Origin: Squalus acanthias
Taxonomy: Eukaryota
DNA length: 64,000 nt
Reading direction: 5' to 3'
NCBI GenBank assembly: GCA_030390025.1
Contig: CM059432.1
Location: 54,624,001-54,688,000, forward strand
Part shown: positions 36,575-49,799 of the stretch, in pieces
Numbering within the stretch: position 1 is the first letter of the stretch
Layout: each line of letters begins with the position of its first letter
Made by a program: the position numbers and the translations under genes
Notes under the pieces: generated by a model
What the model saw: the letters and a program-made list of their open reading frames with translations, nothing else
Database searches by the model: none
Told to the model about the DNA's origin: nothing

Positions 36575-37515
36575 CCCTCCCCAACAGCACTAGCAAACAC
36601 TCCCCCTAGGACATGGGTCCCAGCCCTGCCCAGGTGCAAACCGTCCAGTTTGTACTGGTCCCACCTCCCCCAGAGCTGGTTCCAATGTCCCAGGAATTTG
36701 AATCCCTCCCCCTTGCACCATTCTTCTAGCCACATATTCATCTGAAATATCCTTCTATTTCTACTCTGACTAGTACGTGGCACTGGTAGCAGTCCTGAGA
36801 TTACTACCTTTGAGGTCCTATTTTTTAATTTACCTCCTAACTCCCTATATTCAGCTTTTAGGACCTCATCCTGGTTTTTACCTATATCGTTGGTACCTAT
36901 ATGCACCACGACAACCGGCTGTTCACCCTCCCCCTCCAGAATGCCCTGCAGCCACTCCGAGACATCCTTGACCCTTGCACCAGGGAGGCAACATACCATC
37001 CTGGAGTCTCGTTTGTGGTCGCAGAAACGCCTATCTATTCCCCTTACAATAGAATCCCCTATCACTATAGCTATCCCGCTCTTTTTCCTCCCCTCCTGTG
37101 CAGCAGAACCACCCATGGTGCCAGGAAGTTGGTTGCTGCTGCCTTCCCCCGATAAGCCATCCCCCTCAACAATATCCAAAGTGGTCTATCTGTTTGAGAG
37201 GGGGATGGCCACAGGGGACCCCTGCACTACCTGCCTGTGCCTACTACTCTGCCTGGCGGTCACCCATTCCCTTCCTGCCTGTGCAGCCTTTACCTGCGGT
37301 GTGACCAACTCATTAAACGTGATATCCACGACGTCCTCAGCATCGCGAATGCTCCAGTATGCATCCATTCGCAGCTCCAGCGCCGCAATGCGGTCTGCCA
37401 GTAGCTGCAGCTGGATACACTTCCTGCACACATGGTCATCAGGGACACAGGAAGTGTCCCTGATTTCCCACATAGCGCAGGAGGAGCATGCCACGGGGCC
37501 AAGCTGTGCTGCCAT
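36565..37515 (-). pseudogene. CR1 ORF1: CxxC zinc finger, coiled coil and SGNH esterase (one in-frame TAG at 37186-37188)
   Basis: CSSC...CRKC; VIGDSIVR, VHIGTND, DGLHL; ORFs 37186-37515 and 36565-37179 are in the same frame. Confidence 0.9.
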
Positions 37516-37828
37516 GACTTACCCTTTAATTAATTTAAATTAAATTAAATCAAATCAATACCACCAATTACACTACAATTAAATGTTATACTCAAGGGCC
37601 CTTGTTTACTAGCAATCCCCGCTACACAACAGAGACCTTAGAAACTATAACCACAAAATTAAGACCTTCTAAACTTTATAAATTACTAACCTCAACTGTC
37701 AAACTATAGAGTAGTATAAATACTCACCTGGCCGTAATCACCCAATCAGCTGCTTCCTCTTGCCCGCGTCACTTTTTGAATCGTGATGTGGCTCTGGAAC
37801 GCTGCCGCTGGTCTGTGAGATTGGTAAG

Positions 37829-37975
37829 CCTCTGCAAAAAAGCCCGCGAAAGTGAGTTTAAGTACTCACTGAACCGCTGCTCTCTGCTCCTCCCGACTCC
37901 GACCTCTGCAAAAAAGCCCGCGAAAGTGAGTTTAAGTACTCACTGAACCGCCGGTCTCTGCTCTTCCCGACTCCG
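37829..37975. repeat. Two copies of a 74-bp tandem repeat in the CR1 5' UTR
   Basis: cctctgcaaaaaagcccgcgaaagtgagtttaagtactcactgaaccg at 37829 and 37903. Confidence 0.9.
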
Positions 37976-38304
37976 GCCCATAAGCATACAGAGCGAGTCA
38001 TGGGAGAGCCTTGGTGCAGCCCTGTGCCTTTGTGCAGTCATTGTCAGTGTTTGCAGCACCTCAATGCTGTAGAACACTGACAGTTGGCCACGGTCCCTTT
38101 AAGGAAACCGGCTGATGACGCATCATGAAATGATGTCACCAGACCCGCTTCCTCTAATTGGCCCAGGAAATGCGCTGGGAGGGCTTAACAAGCCCCATCA
38201 ACGTAAAGTAATTTCACAGAGCGGGGTGGAGCCAGCAGCGGGGTCGGGACCGGCCACCAACATCGCCCACACCGGAACCGCCGAGGTAAGTAAAATCGTG
38301 GCCT

Positions 38305-38531
38305 TCATCACACAAAGGGTAGTAGAAGTATGGAACGCTCTCCCACAAAAAGCAGTAGGTGCTAGCTCAATTAATAATATTAAAACTGAGATCGATAGAT
38401 TTTTGCTAGCCAAGGTTATTAAGGGATATAGAGCCATGGTGGTTAAATGGAATTAGGATACAGATCAGCCATGATCTCATTGAATGGCGGAACAGGCTCG
38501 AGGTGAAGAATTGCCTATTTCTCTTCCTATG
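38305..38531 (+). mobile_element. CR1 3' end fragment
   Basis: TQRVVEVWNALPQKAV...EIDRFL; 3' UTR like 15350-15435. Confidence 0.8.
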
Positions 38532-41271
38532 AGACTGATACACAGACTAAACTTTATCATTTTCTTGCTAAAGAATCAAAAATGTCTCCAAAAGCTCTGT
38601 ACAGCGTTACGTGAGAGCAGCTGTGAATCCCTTTCAATAGCATTTCAATTGGGCACCTCAGGATTGTACTGTCCATGGTTGATGGGAGGGAGCAGAAAGT
38701 TACAGCAGTTAGAGGGTGAGGTTGGGAAATAACATTGGCGTCATTATGATGGCACTTGACCCCGATTTGAATTTATTCATGCAGCTTCCACCTGCTTCAG
38801 ACAGGATTAATGTCTATTGGAAAATCTGACCAGCTGTAAAAACAGCAGCAAGTGGGCAGGGCAAACAGCAGTTTTATTTTCCATCCAGTATCATCCTGTT
38901 TTTGATTGTCAATGTGGTGGTAAAGAGATAAAGATTGCCCCCAATATTTAGACTTATGATAGTACCCAAATTTTCCTTCCCTCTTTTGATTTAATATTCA
39001 TATCAGAAACCTTAATTGCCTCTGAGTCAGAAGATTGTATTTCAAGCCCCATTCCAGAACCTGAGCCTGTCGGGATCAATAATGCTTTTGGGTCCAGGTC
39101 TGCATTTACTGGCTGATGCCTGAGGCATCCCAAAGGGCAGTGGCACTGAAGGCTAGAGCACCAGGCATGTGCTAGCCTTATTCACACCTCAAAAATAAGG
39201 TCTATGCAGCCCTTGCTCCGTGACATGTTCACGTTGCCTGAACAGCATTGTTGGAGCTCGTGCCAATATAAAATGCACACTGGATGGTTGGCCCATTTAG
39301 CCACGTTGCTTCTTGGTCCTTAAATGAGAAGTCCGCTTGTTAATTGGATTAATAAATGATGAAATCATTGGGTGATTATATACAGCAAGGTTCCACAATC
39401 AAGTTGAATGGTTATTTTTCACTGATTTTCGTTGGGCTTTCTGAAGTGGGTGGCCCACCTCCTGACTCCCCAAAGCCTCTCCACCACCTACAAGGCACAA
39501 GTGTGATGGAAGGACAAGGGCAGTAAGTGCCTGGGAACACCATCACCTCCAAGTTCCCCTCCAAGTCACACATTATCCTGACTTGAACATGTATTGCTGT
39601 TCCTTCATTGTCGCCGGGTCAAAATCCTGGAACTCCCTACATAACAGCCTTATGGGAGCACGTTCAACATATGGACTGTAGCAGTTCAAGAAGAAGGCCC
39701 AGCACCATCTTCTCAAGGGCAATTAGGGATGGGCAATTAATGCCAGCCTTGTCATCGATGCCCACATTCCGAAGAACGATAAAAATGATGAGAAAAATAT
39801 ACAGCACAATTCACTTATTATTTAACCAATTATAACAAAGACAAGGAGGCATTGATTAGAAATGAAGTAGCAAACAACTTAACATAGAAGTGAGACCCTA
39901 AAAAATACAGTTATTCATATGCAGTTGATTAATGATTCCCAATGGTACAAGTTTGGTTAGAATAATTTGACAAAATTCCATAATCCATTTATACTGCTAA
40001 TAATTGATTTTTTTCCAAGACTATCCAGCATGTCAAATTAAACCAGTTTAAAAATATCTGCTATACGTGTACCTAATTTAAGTAGGATTTTTAATGAGAT
40101 AATGCAATAAGGTTAACTCCATGTGGAGTGATGGATTAGGTGATGTTAATACTGCATGTTCATGTAAATAAGGTCCCACATCACATTCTCTGTGAGGTAA
40201 GAGTTCACATTATTCATTATGACTCTTGTCAGTTGACTGTCATCAAAAATGTTTGTCTTTGACATGAAATGATATGTGTGTATGTGTTTACTAAAGAGAT
40301 AACCACCGTCCAAAATCCCTTCTATTATAAAAAGGTTGAAATCTAATTAGCTCCCAAATGAATATAATTCAGTATTTCATGCATTGAAGCAAAAAGTGCA
40401 TGAGGCATCTGTAAAAGCAGGATTAAAAGGTCACATCAGAAAATCTCTTAAAATTAGTTCGATTATCATTTGCTTAAAAAGTAACAGAAATTCATGCTGT
40501 TGAATAGTTATGAAGTACTTGGGGAAGAATGTCTCTGGTTGCCATTTGTAATTAAATCATAAACACATTCTTTTTGAATGCCTTTCTAAAGTCACTGCAT
40601 GTAGTGACCGGAGGCATTCTTCTCCCAGTTATCTAACTTAGGTATATTAGCCTAAATTATATCATTTTAAAATACCTTACACAGAGAGAATGGGTTCAAA
40701 TAAGTTTCAAAAATGTAATGAAACACATTAGGAGCCATCGTACTCATGTTCAATACTTCCTACATACCCAGTTCTTCTTATATAATAGGAGATCATGGAA
40801 GATTTATTAAAAATTCTATTCAGTCTTAATTTTCCTTGAGTGAATGCAAAGGTCTGGCAGAGATCTTCTTGAAGCTTAAAGGAAGCTGTTCTGAATACCA
40901 TTAAGGTATTCATGATTCTCGTCATTGATTTCTTCATAGACCTGACCATCAGTCATCAAATTGCCTTGCAGCTTTCTTTCCCCATTGGCACAAGATGTGC
41001 CCTGTATTCTTTATTCTACAAGTAGTTGCATGTAGAATATTTAGTTGCTAGCTGATTATTATCATCCCATTTCTTTTGATTCTGATAAATAGAGGAAGAA
41101 TTTCAATTAGATTTACCAAAGAGGTTGCTCAGTTCCTAGGGATGCATGTCTGAAGAATTGAAACCTTACAAAACGTTCTCATGTTGGCTTATTGGGTGAA
41201 TACACTCTATAGTGTGGTACTGAACCACACAGGCCCAAGTTAGATCCTCAGTTTGTGATGATCTCAGCTAC

Positions 41272-42607
41272 CTGTTCAAAAAAGGGTGTAAGGATAAACC
41301 CAGCAACTACAGGCCAGTCAATTTAACCTCAGTAGTGGGGAAGCTTTTAGAAACGATAATCCAGGACAAAATTAACAGTCACTTGGACAAGATGGATTAA
41401 TTAAGGAAAGCCAGCTCAGATTTGTTAAAGGCAAATCGTGTTTAACTAACTTGTTTGAGTGTTTTGATGAGGTAACAGAGAGGGTTGATGAGGGCAATGC
41501 GGTTGATGTGGTGTACATGGACTTCCAAAAGGCGTTTGATAAGGTGCCACATAATAGGCTAGCCAGCAAAGTTGATACGAAATTGGCTAAGTGACAGGAA
41601 ACAGAGAGTAGTGGTGAACGGTTCTTTATCAGACTGGAGGAAGGTATACAGTGGTGTTCCCCAGGGGTCGTTACTAGGACCACTGCTTTTCTTGATAGAT
41701 ATTAGTGACTTGGACTTGGGTGTACAGGGTACATTTTCAAAATTTGCAGATGACACAAAACTTGCAAGTATAGTAAACAGTGAGGAGGATAGTAATAGAC
41801 TTCAAGAGGACATAAATAGGCTGGTGAAATGGGCGGACACGTGGCAGATGAAGTAAACTAATTGTACAATTCTAAAGGGGGTGCATGAACAGAGAGACCT
41901 AGGGGTATATGTACACAAATCATTAAAGGTGGCAGGACAGGTTGAGAAAGCAGTTAAAAAAGCATACGGGATCCTGGGCTTCATAAATAGAGGCATAAAG
42001 TACAAAAGCAAGGAAGTTCTGAGGATCCTTTATAAAACACAGGTTTGGCCTCAACTGGAGTATTGTGTCCAATTCTGGACACTGCACTTTAGGAAGGATG
42101 TGAAGGCCTTGGAGAGGGTGCAGAAAAGATTTACGAGAATGGTTCCAGGGATGAGGGACTTCAGTTATGTGGATAGACTGGAGAAGCTGGGGTTGTTCTC
42201 CTTAGAGCAGAGAAGGTTGAGAGGAGACTTGATAGAGGTGTTCAAAATCATGAGGTGTCTAGACTGAGTAGATAGAGAGAAACTGTTCCCATTGGCGGAA
42301 GGGTCGAGAACCAGAGGACACAGATTTAAGGTGATTGGCAGAAGAACCAAAGGTGATATGAGGAAAAACTTTTTTACACAGCGAGTGGTTAGGATGTGGA
42401 ATACACTGCCTGAAAGGGTGGTGGAGGCAGATTCAATCGTAGCTTTCAAAAGGGAATTGGATAAGTACCTGAAGGAAAAAAAATTGCAGGGCTACAGGGA
42501 AAGGGCGGGGGAGTGGGACTAGCTGAAGTGCTCTTGCAGAGAGCCGGCACGGGCTCAATAGGCCAAATGGCCTACTTTTGTGCAGTAACCATTCTATGAT
42601 TCTATGA
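41272..42607 (+). mobile_element. 5'-truncated CR1 LINE
   Basis: RT motifs GVPQGS, FADD, QLEYCVQFW; tail attctatgattctatga (CR1 ATTCTRTG octamer). Confidence 0.95.
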
Positions 42608-42609
42608 GG

Positions 42610-44365
42610 TTGGAGCCCATCCTTTCCAGCATGGAACTGGTGGCCAACTCCATCAACACACTTGTGGGCCCAACCATGATACAGCATCTGATGGCCGATG
42701 TCTCGGCTTCCATTGCAGCACAAGCAGCTTCCACCAAATATCTGAGTGCTGCAGAGGAAGCTTAGACTGATGTCATGCAAGGTCAGCTTGCTGCCATGCA
42801 AGCTCAAACTTCTGTCATGCAAGCTCAGACTGCTACCATCATGGCCGTGGATACCAGTGTTGAAAGGGGCTTGCAGGGTGTCACAGCAGTCCAGCAATCT
42901 GTCCTCCAACAGATTACTAGGATTGCTGAGGTGACGCCCCGGGGGAGTGGCAGTGGCTCCATGGAGCACGAACCTGATGTCCTCTCTCAGGTTAACAGCA
43001 TTCATGATCCCACTCCGCCATTGCCCTTGCTGTTGCCTGTCAGCCAGCCAGCCCAGACTGCTGTCACCCATACCAAGATGGTGCAGTCTAAAGTCGGGCC
43101 TTCTGGGCCCAGAGTTGCTCGAGGTCGCCCTCCAAGGTCATCTGCAGTCCCCTCCTGAAAGTCAGCAGCCTTCCACCAGCCACTGCGGCAGCACTTCTTG
43201 GAACACTAGGCAAAGGCCCACGGACGACAGGCACTAAGGGAATGCACAAGGGTGATTGGTTTAATTATGCATGCAATATGGCATGATTTCATTTATAAAT
43301 TTGGTTTGGAATGTGTATTTTCTGTTGGCTTTTATTTTTGCATTGCGGCCACGAGGACGATGTGACAGAGGGAAGCTAAGGAGTGTGAGACTGTTGGTTA
43401 ATGGGGAATTGGGGTTGAGGTTACTGGTATCGCACTTCAACTAGTGCTTCACGTACAGCCCGGGCAGAAAGGGGCTGTCTAGGTTGCAGCCTCCCGTCCT
43501 CTTCCGCCTCCTCCTCTTCCTCTTCCTCCTCCTTCTCCTCCTGCTCCTCAGCTTCTCGCCTGATAGGTGATGGCAAGGGCTGTTCCCTCATGATGGCATG
43601 GTTGTGCAGCATGCAGCATACCACCACAAATCTTGAGACCCACTCAGCCAAGTACTGCAGGGCTCCTCCAGAGTGGTCCAGGCAGTGGAATCATTGCTTC
43701 AGTGCACCAATGTTCTGCTGTATCACTTTTTTTGTGGCAGCATGGCTCTCATGGTATGCATGCTGTGTGCATGGGTTTCGAACTGGAGTCATGAGCCATG
43801 TTGTTAGCAGATAGTTCTCTTTGCCCAGTCGCCACCCTTTGGTTTGCCGTGGTGGCTGAAATGCAGCTGGCACAGCGGACTGGCGCAGAATGAAGCCATT
43901 GTGATACCGGGCATTGGCCTACATGATGCGTTGCCTATGGTCACACACCAGCTGCACGGTGAGAGAGTGGAATCCCTTTCAGTTCAGGTACATGGGAGAG
44001 TTGACATGCGGCACCTGCAAAGCAATGTGCGTGCAGTCAATGGCACCCTGCACCATGGGGAAGCCTGCAAACATTGCAAACCTCGTGCTCACTCTGCCTG
44101 CTTCTCTCTGGCAAGAGGGAATGAAATGAAGATATCTCTCTTTGAATAGAGAGGCTCATTGACCTCACTTATGCAACAGGGGACGGCAAACTGGAAGATG
44201 CTGCTTATATCTCCAGCACCAGCCTAGTTGGAGCCAGACGCATAAAAGTTCATCATCACAGTCAGCTTCACAGCCACTGGCACTGCGGTCCTTGCCCTGC
44301 TCTGATGTTGCAGTTGTGGCTGCAGCAGTTGACAGATTTCAATGACGACCTCCTTAGTGAATTTT
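42610..44365 (-). mobile_element. Harbinger relic: transposase on - (43421-44360) and second-gene 3' part on +
   Basis: TTWLMTPVRNP, HAAT...IGALKQ, VVVCCMLHN, acidic tail. Confidence 0.85.
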
Positions 44366-44867
44366 AAATAGAGAAAAATAGTTCAAGTAGACCAAGGAAA
44401 AGAGATAGTGGCCTAAAAACTGGACCCCATTGCATCCATTTTATTGGCACTATTAGATCATTTTTACCTCACCTGCCCAGCAAGAAACGCATAGGATCGG
44501 ATCAGCCGCATATCTCATGCCCCGCCCAATTTTATTTTACATGGGCTTCCATGGAAAGTAAAATCGCATGAGGTATAAAACTCTAATTCCATGAATTTCC
44601 CACTGGGGGGGTTAGGGTAAAATTACCCCCTATGAGTGCAATTGAAGTGAAAATGCTGAAAAATGGGATGTATGATATCACCATATCATTACCACCTTAT
44701 TTGCACGTGCTTGCCCAAAAATGCCAGAAATGTCGGCAGAAAATGTAGCGTACAGAGATCCAGTGTTGCAGATCTCTATCCCACTTCCCACAGCTGCCTG
44801 CCTGATTAGCACCAGAAAATTGGCTGGAGGTCAGTGCAAAACCTAGGCTCTGGAGTCTGAAGACAAA

Positions 44868-45637
44868 GGGCTAGAAATTCTGTAACGGCCCGTTTGGGGC
44901 GATAACTTCTGAAATCTCGGAAAAGTATCGCGAGGCGATAATCATTTTCTGGTCCCGGGAAATTGAGCTTTAGCGCTCCAAGAGGGAAGTGGAGCGCTAA
45001 ATCAAGCACTAATCACCTCTCTTAGGGTGCTAAAGTGAGAGAGCGGGGCGGTAGCAGCAGAGCGCTGAACAATGTGGAGTGCAAAGATACTGGCATCGGA
45101 GGCTGCTTCCCTCGCTTAAAGGGAAGGACGAATGATGGTGCACAACATACTTCTGCTCAGTTCTGTGTTGCCAGGCGACCTGCGCAACTGCCATTACAGC
45201 CCCAAACACTCTCAGAGAGTGGAGGGCTCGGACATCTCGCAGGAATAAAGCCTCGAAAACTTTCAGCAGGCACCAGACTGGTGAAAAGAATAAAGTTTGG
45301 CCTACCTGAAAACCACTGCCTTTAATTAGCGCTCCCCAAGTGGCCAGCCGAGTTGACAACGCCTCCTCTTCCTGCCATTGCTGACACCCGGCGATACAGC
45401 AGGGGGCGGGAGGCAATTTCACATCCAGGGCGGTAACGGGGCGCTGTGCACTTTATGACGTCGCGATCTGCGAGGCGCTAGAGGGCAAGGCGGTAAGTGT
45501 TAGTGTCAGCGCTAAACCGGCAGGGAAGTTCGCAGGCGTCGCTGAATTCGCCGTGCCTGGTCGCTAACCCCTTAGCGCCCCATTACCATCCCCCCCCGGC
45601 GCTAACGGGAGGCACAAAGCAGCCGAATTTCTCCCCC
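44868..45637. mobile_element. Harbinger-type MITE (GC-rich)
   Basis: gggctagaaattc / gaatttctccccc; TSD AAA; subterminal region homologous to 2859 and 63770. Confidence 0.85.
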
Positions 45638-46696
45638 AAATTATACATGTGGGCTGGCCATCAACATTCAAATTTTCAGACTCAATATGCCTGAAGCTGA
45701 TCTTAATAAAGCAATTGATTTGTTTGTGAAGAGTCACATAGAAATTAAACTGTAAAGCCATAATTATGGATGCCCTCAAAGACAAAATAATATTCAGAAT
45801 GATTCTTGTCAGTCAAAATTTAAATATGAAGGGTGAAGCTATGATTAATATTTATAAATAGCGTATAATTTAAAGTCGCAGACCCAAATTAATCACACTT
45901 ATTTGTATGTAAGGATTCATCTTTGAATAGATTAGGCCACAATTTTCCATAGATCTAATTAAGCACATTCACATAATTATTTTGAAGAGATAGGCTCACC
46001 CTTCTCTTGTAAAAATCAAACTGATATAAAAAATTATATGTAACTTATGTCCATGGCTTTTTTTAGAACATAATTGTTTTTAACAGTGATGTTCAATATT
46101 ACCCATGGTGTTCTAACTTGACTGATTTCAGTTGTATAATTGAGCTGCATTAATATCAAACCAGCATGCTTCAGTTACATTTGACAGTTCAGTTGCCTCA
46201 TGCCACTTGGCTCTGTAATCCTCCAAGTCATTCACTCACTATCAAAACTAAATCAATCAACAGAATTCACAGAAAAATAATCAAAGTAATTTTTTTTTAA
46301 TTATATTTACAAAGGTCTTGATGGTGAGACATCTTCAAGCAAAAGTGTCATTATTTTCCTTTTCTCAGCAAGCTAATTTGTTTCTTTTCTAGTTTGATTT
46401 GCATTCAGCTAATTTTATGACTTAAGCTAACAATATTTTTTGTACTGTTGGAGTGCTGATATTTTTTGCGTGCTCGTCAGCTGTTGCTTCTAATAAATGA
46501 AATATGTATATGAAATTTCAACAACAAAAAAGTTGTCTCCATCTAACATGCTCTGTTCTTATAAGTCCTCTGTCATAACAACTATTTCCCTGCTCCGAAC
46601 TTAAGCTTTAGTATACTTCCTACTCCATCCCCAAAAGGGACTGATACCTCAACAAAATTATTTCTTTGTTCTTTTATGTTGGGCATCATAAAGTGA

Positions 46697-46992
46697 AAGA
46701 AAGACTTGCATTTATATAGCACCTTTCATGTCCACTGGACATCTCAAAGCGCTTTACAGCTAATGAAGTACTTTTGGACTGTAGTCACTGTTGTAATGTA
46801 GGAAACGTGGCAGCCAATTTGCGCACAGTAAGCTCCCGCAAACAGCAATGTGATAATGACCAGATAATCTGTTTTTGTCATGTTGATTGAGGGATAAATA
46901 TTAGCCAGGACACCAGGGATAACTCACCTGCTTCGAAATAGTGCCATGGGATCTTTTACGTCCATCTGAGAGAGCAGACGGGGCCTCGGTCT
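46697..46992 (-). mobile_element. Deu-like SINE 3' part
   Basis: Tail aaagaaagacttgcatttatatagcacc; core ends at gcagacggggcctcgg. Confidence 0.7.
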
Positions 46993-49134
46993 CAGTACAG
47001 TGATGCTGAGGGTACACAAAGACTTGAAGAATTTGCACTGGGGTGCTGACAGGTGACTGCCCAGAGGAGCAGAAATGCTCCTCTGGGTCTCACAAGGAGG
47101 TTAGGGTCTCCCCTGCCCAGTCCCCCGCCCCCTCAGAACCCCCTTTCCTCCACTTACCTGAGTGCCAGCGGGCTGCCCGATTTTCCAGAGGACAGCAGCC
47201 ACTCACAGCTAACTTCCCGCCCATGCAATGTTCATGAGGCCTGGGTGTTAAAATACCCCAGGCTTGTTTTCTCCTACAGTGGGTGAGTTTTTAACTCACT
47301 CCACCAGCCACCCACCCAAAGTTAAACTAAGGCCCCATGGCTTATACATGAAGAATGCTTCTTGATTAGGTGCCAACAGGCTGCAAGCACTGTGTGGAAT
47401 CGTATCCAGAAATAATTAATGGGGTCAATTTCTGAAGGACTTAATGGAGCTAATTTTTGTCTTCGAGTGTAATCAGTTCTAAATGGTTTAGCATTACTCT
47501 TGCACCCACCTGAAATTCAAGTACAAATAGCAATCAATTCTCAGGTCTAGGCTCATTTACATAATTATTCTCAACTCCAGGGTACAAACTCAGATGGGTT
47601 TAGGCATGACAGCGTGGTAAGAGAGGAAAATTGTGTGTAAGTGTAAATTAGATTGAAAGGGATGGGACAATTAAAGGTAGTATCACAATGAGGGGGTCAA
47701 AAATTCAGAAAGTTTTTGGAGAGCCTCAACCCATCAGCAGTCTTTGCCAAAGATAAATGGGCAGGGATTATGAAGTAGCAGGCCAGACTGAAGGGTAAAA
47801 GGAATCCCAGGTGGAAGCATGAGTCTGCAGACAAGCGAAGGCCAGCCTTGCAGCTAACTCGCTGCTTGATGGTGCTACTGCAGGAGTTTCTTGTGAGGAG
47901 CATTGCCCTCTATGCCACTCCATGGTACCATTCCATAGGTCAGTGTTGCAGCATGCTTGCAAGGAGGTGCCACCAAGTTTTCAGGCCACAGGTTACCACA
48001 ACTGCCCCTGCATGTACAAACCTTCTGCTGCATGGTATCTGCAGATGGCACAGCTTGGCATCTGCCTTGCTACTGACTCTGAGAAGACAGGCTGTCACAT
48101 CATACTCAGATAGATTTGTCAGAGCCTGCAGAATGGATGGTGGCATCTTGTGAGTGTGGCCAATCAAGGTAGACTGGTTGTTGACCACACTGTCATGCCT
48201 TCTTTCAGATCGTCCCACTGAAAGCAGACTGTGATTGAGATACCTGTGGAGAAGCATCCAACATTAGTCAGTCAGGCATTGACATAGGTTAGTGCTGCCA
48301 TTGCCTCTGCTGGCCCAGTTTCTTTTCGAAGAGGAGCCAATGCAGGCCCAAATTGCCAAAGCACCTGGAGTGCTCCTCCAGTGTCTCAGCTGGTTAATCT
48401 AGTGATTAGCTGAGCCATACAGACAAGTACGTTTTCCTGGTCTGTGTCACACAATCTGATTTCAGCTGATGACAGAATTTAGGATGCTACAATTGGCCTC
48501 AGAATATTAATACTCTGTCGATTGTAACCCTATTGCCTGATGCTTAGCATTTGTTCATCTGGTGGAATAAGACTCAGACCAAAATAATTGCGATACCAAG
48601 GTGTGAAACCAGTGACTGCTTATTTCAAGGAAGTAATTTACACTGAATTCAGTTCTTAAATTAAGCTTTCTTGGTGAATTAGTCTTAAACCAATGTAACT
48701 GGTGACAGCAATTAAAATTTTGTCTTGTGATGGTTCTTTATATTTTCAAAATCTTATGCAATCAGTCTGTCCTTTTTTTCACTTTAAGATGGTCAATATG
48801 CTACGAACTGTCTAACTCATCCTTTATATTGAAGCTGATGATTACTGTTGACAATAATAGTGGATGAAAGCTTAATGGGCTGAATTCTCGTTCGTTGTCG
48901 GATTAGCGGCAGGGCATGTCTTCCACCTGCCCATGTGTCTCTGCTGCTAATCTGCTGAACTTTCCTCCCGGTGCCCTTAATATCTATGTAGGGCTCGTTA
49001 GGATCAGTAATATCGCTCCTCATTTGGGTTACCTCTGCTGGAAGCAAGGAAAATATAGTGGGTTTCAGCCTTTAAAAGGCTGCAGCTAATTAAGGGGGAC
49101 TTGACTCTTTGAACAGTAAGAACCACAAGTGTAA

Positions 49135-49395
49135 GAATGCCTGACGGAGCAGCAGTCTCGGAGGGGCCAGTAGCAGGAAGAGCTCCTCTGATACATCTAT
49201 GGAGGTTTTGCTAACTGAGTTAAAGGCTCGAAGAGAACAACTCCTGGGAACTGAGGGCAGGAAGCCCGATAAGAGGGTGGCTCAGGCTGTATGAAGGGAG
49301 GTTACTGAAGCTGCCAGTGCAACCTCCACCACCGCAAGAACTGTCATACAGTGCAGGAAGAGGTTTAATGATCTCACAAGGGTGACCAAGGAGAT
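49135..49395 (+). pseudogene. Myb/SANT-like domain remnant (Harbinger)
   Basis: MEVLLTELKARREQLLGTEGRKP...AV*REVTEA...RTVIQCRKRFNDLTRV. Confidence 0.75.
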
Positions 49396-49799
49396 TCAGG
49401 CACTGTTCTCATTCCATATTCTGTACCATGGATAGAGACTTAATTCATCTCTTACTTCTCATTCTCTTTCTGTGTCATCACCTGGGTATTTGGAAAACGC
49501 ATTTATGCAAAAGGGAACTTCTGCAAACACTGAAGCACCAGCTTAATTCACAAACACTTGATCAACTTGCATAGCAAGCCACAAGGGTTTCTGTTGGTCT
49601 CGAAGGACAGTTCACTTAAAGGGTCAATGCAACTGCACCTCTTATCATTATGGGATGCATACAATCACATGGGGGAAAAGAAGTGCCTGTGCCACTAACA
49701 TACCTTTAACTTTGTGTTCTCTCCCTGCAAAAGGAAAGGTTACACACAACCACCAAGAGAACAGTGACTGGGGGGAAGAACACCAGTACTGAAAACCCT

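Larger units (their letters stand above)
32811..37980 (-). mobile_element. Near full-length CR1 LINE (5' UTR, ORF1, ORF2, 3' tail)
   Basis: Continuous ORF1 and APE-RT ORF2 with few disruptions; tail (tttctatg)n; 74-bp tandem duplication in the 5' UTR. Confidence 0.95.
31592..38304 (-). mobile_element. Non-autonomous Harbinger derivative split by a full-length CR1
   Basis: 31592-32810 and 37981-38304 match the 12870-16160 element in reverse; terminus aaaatcgtggcc at 38304. Confidence 0.75.
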
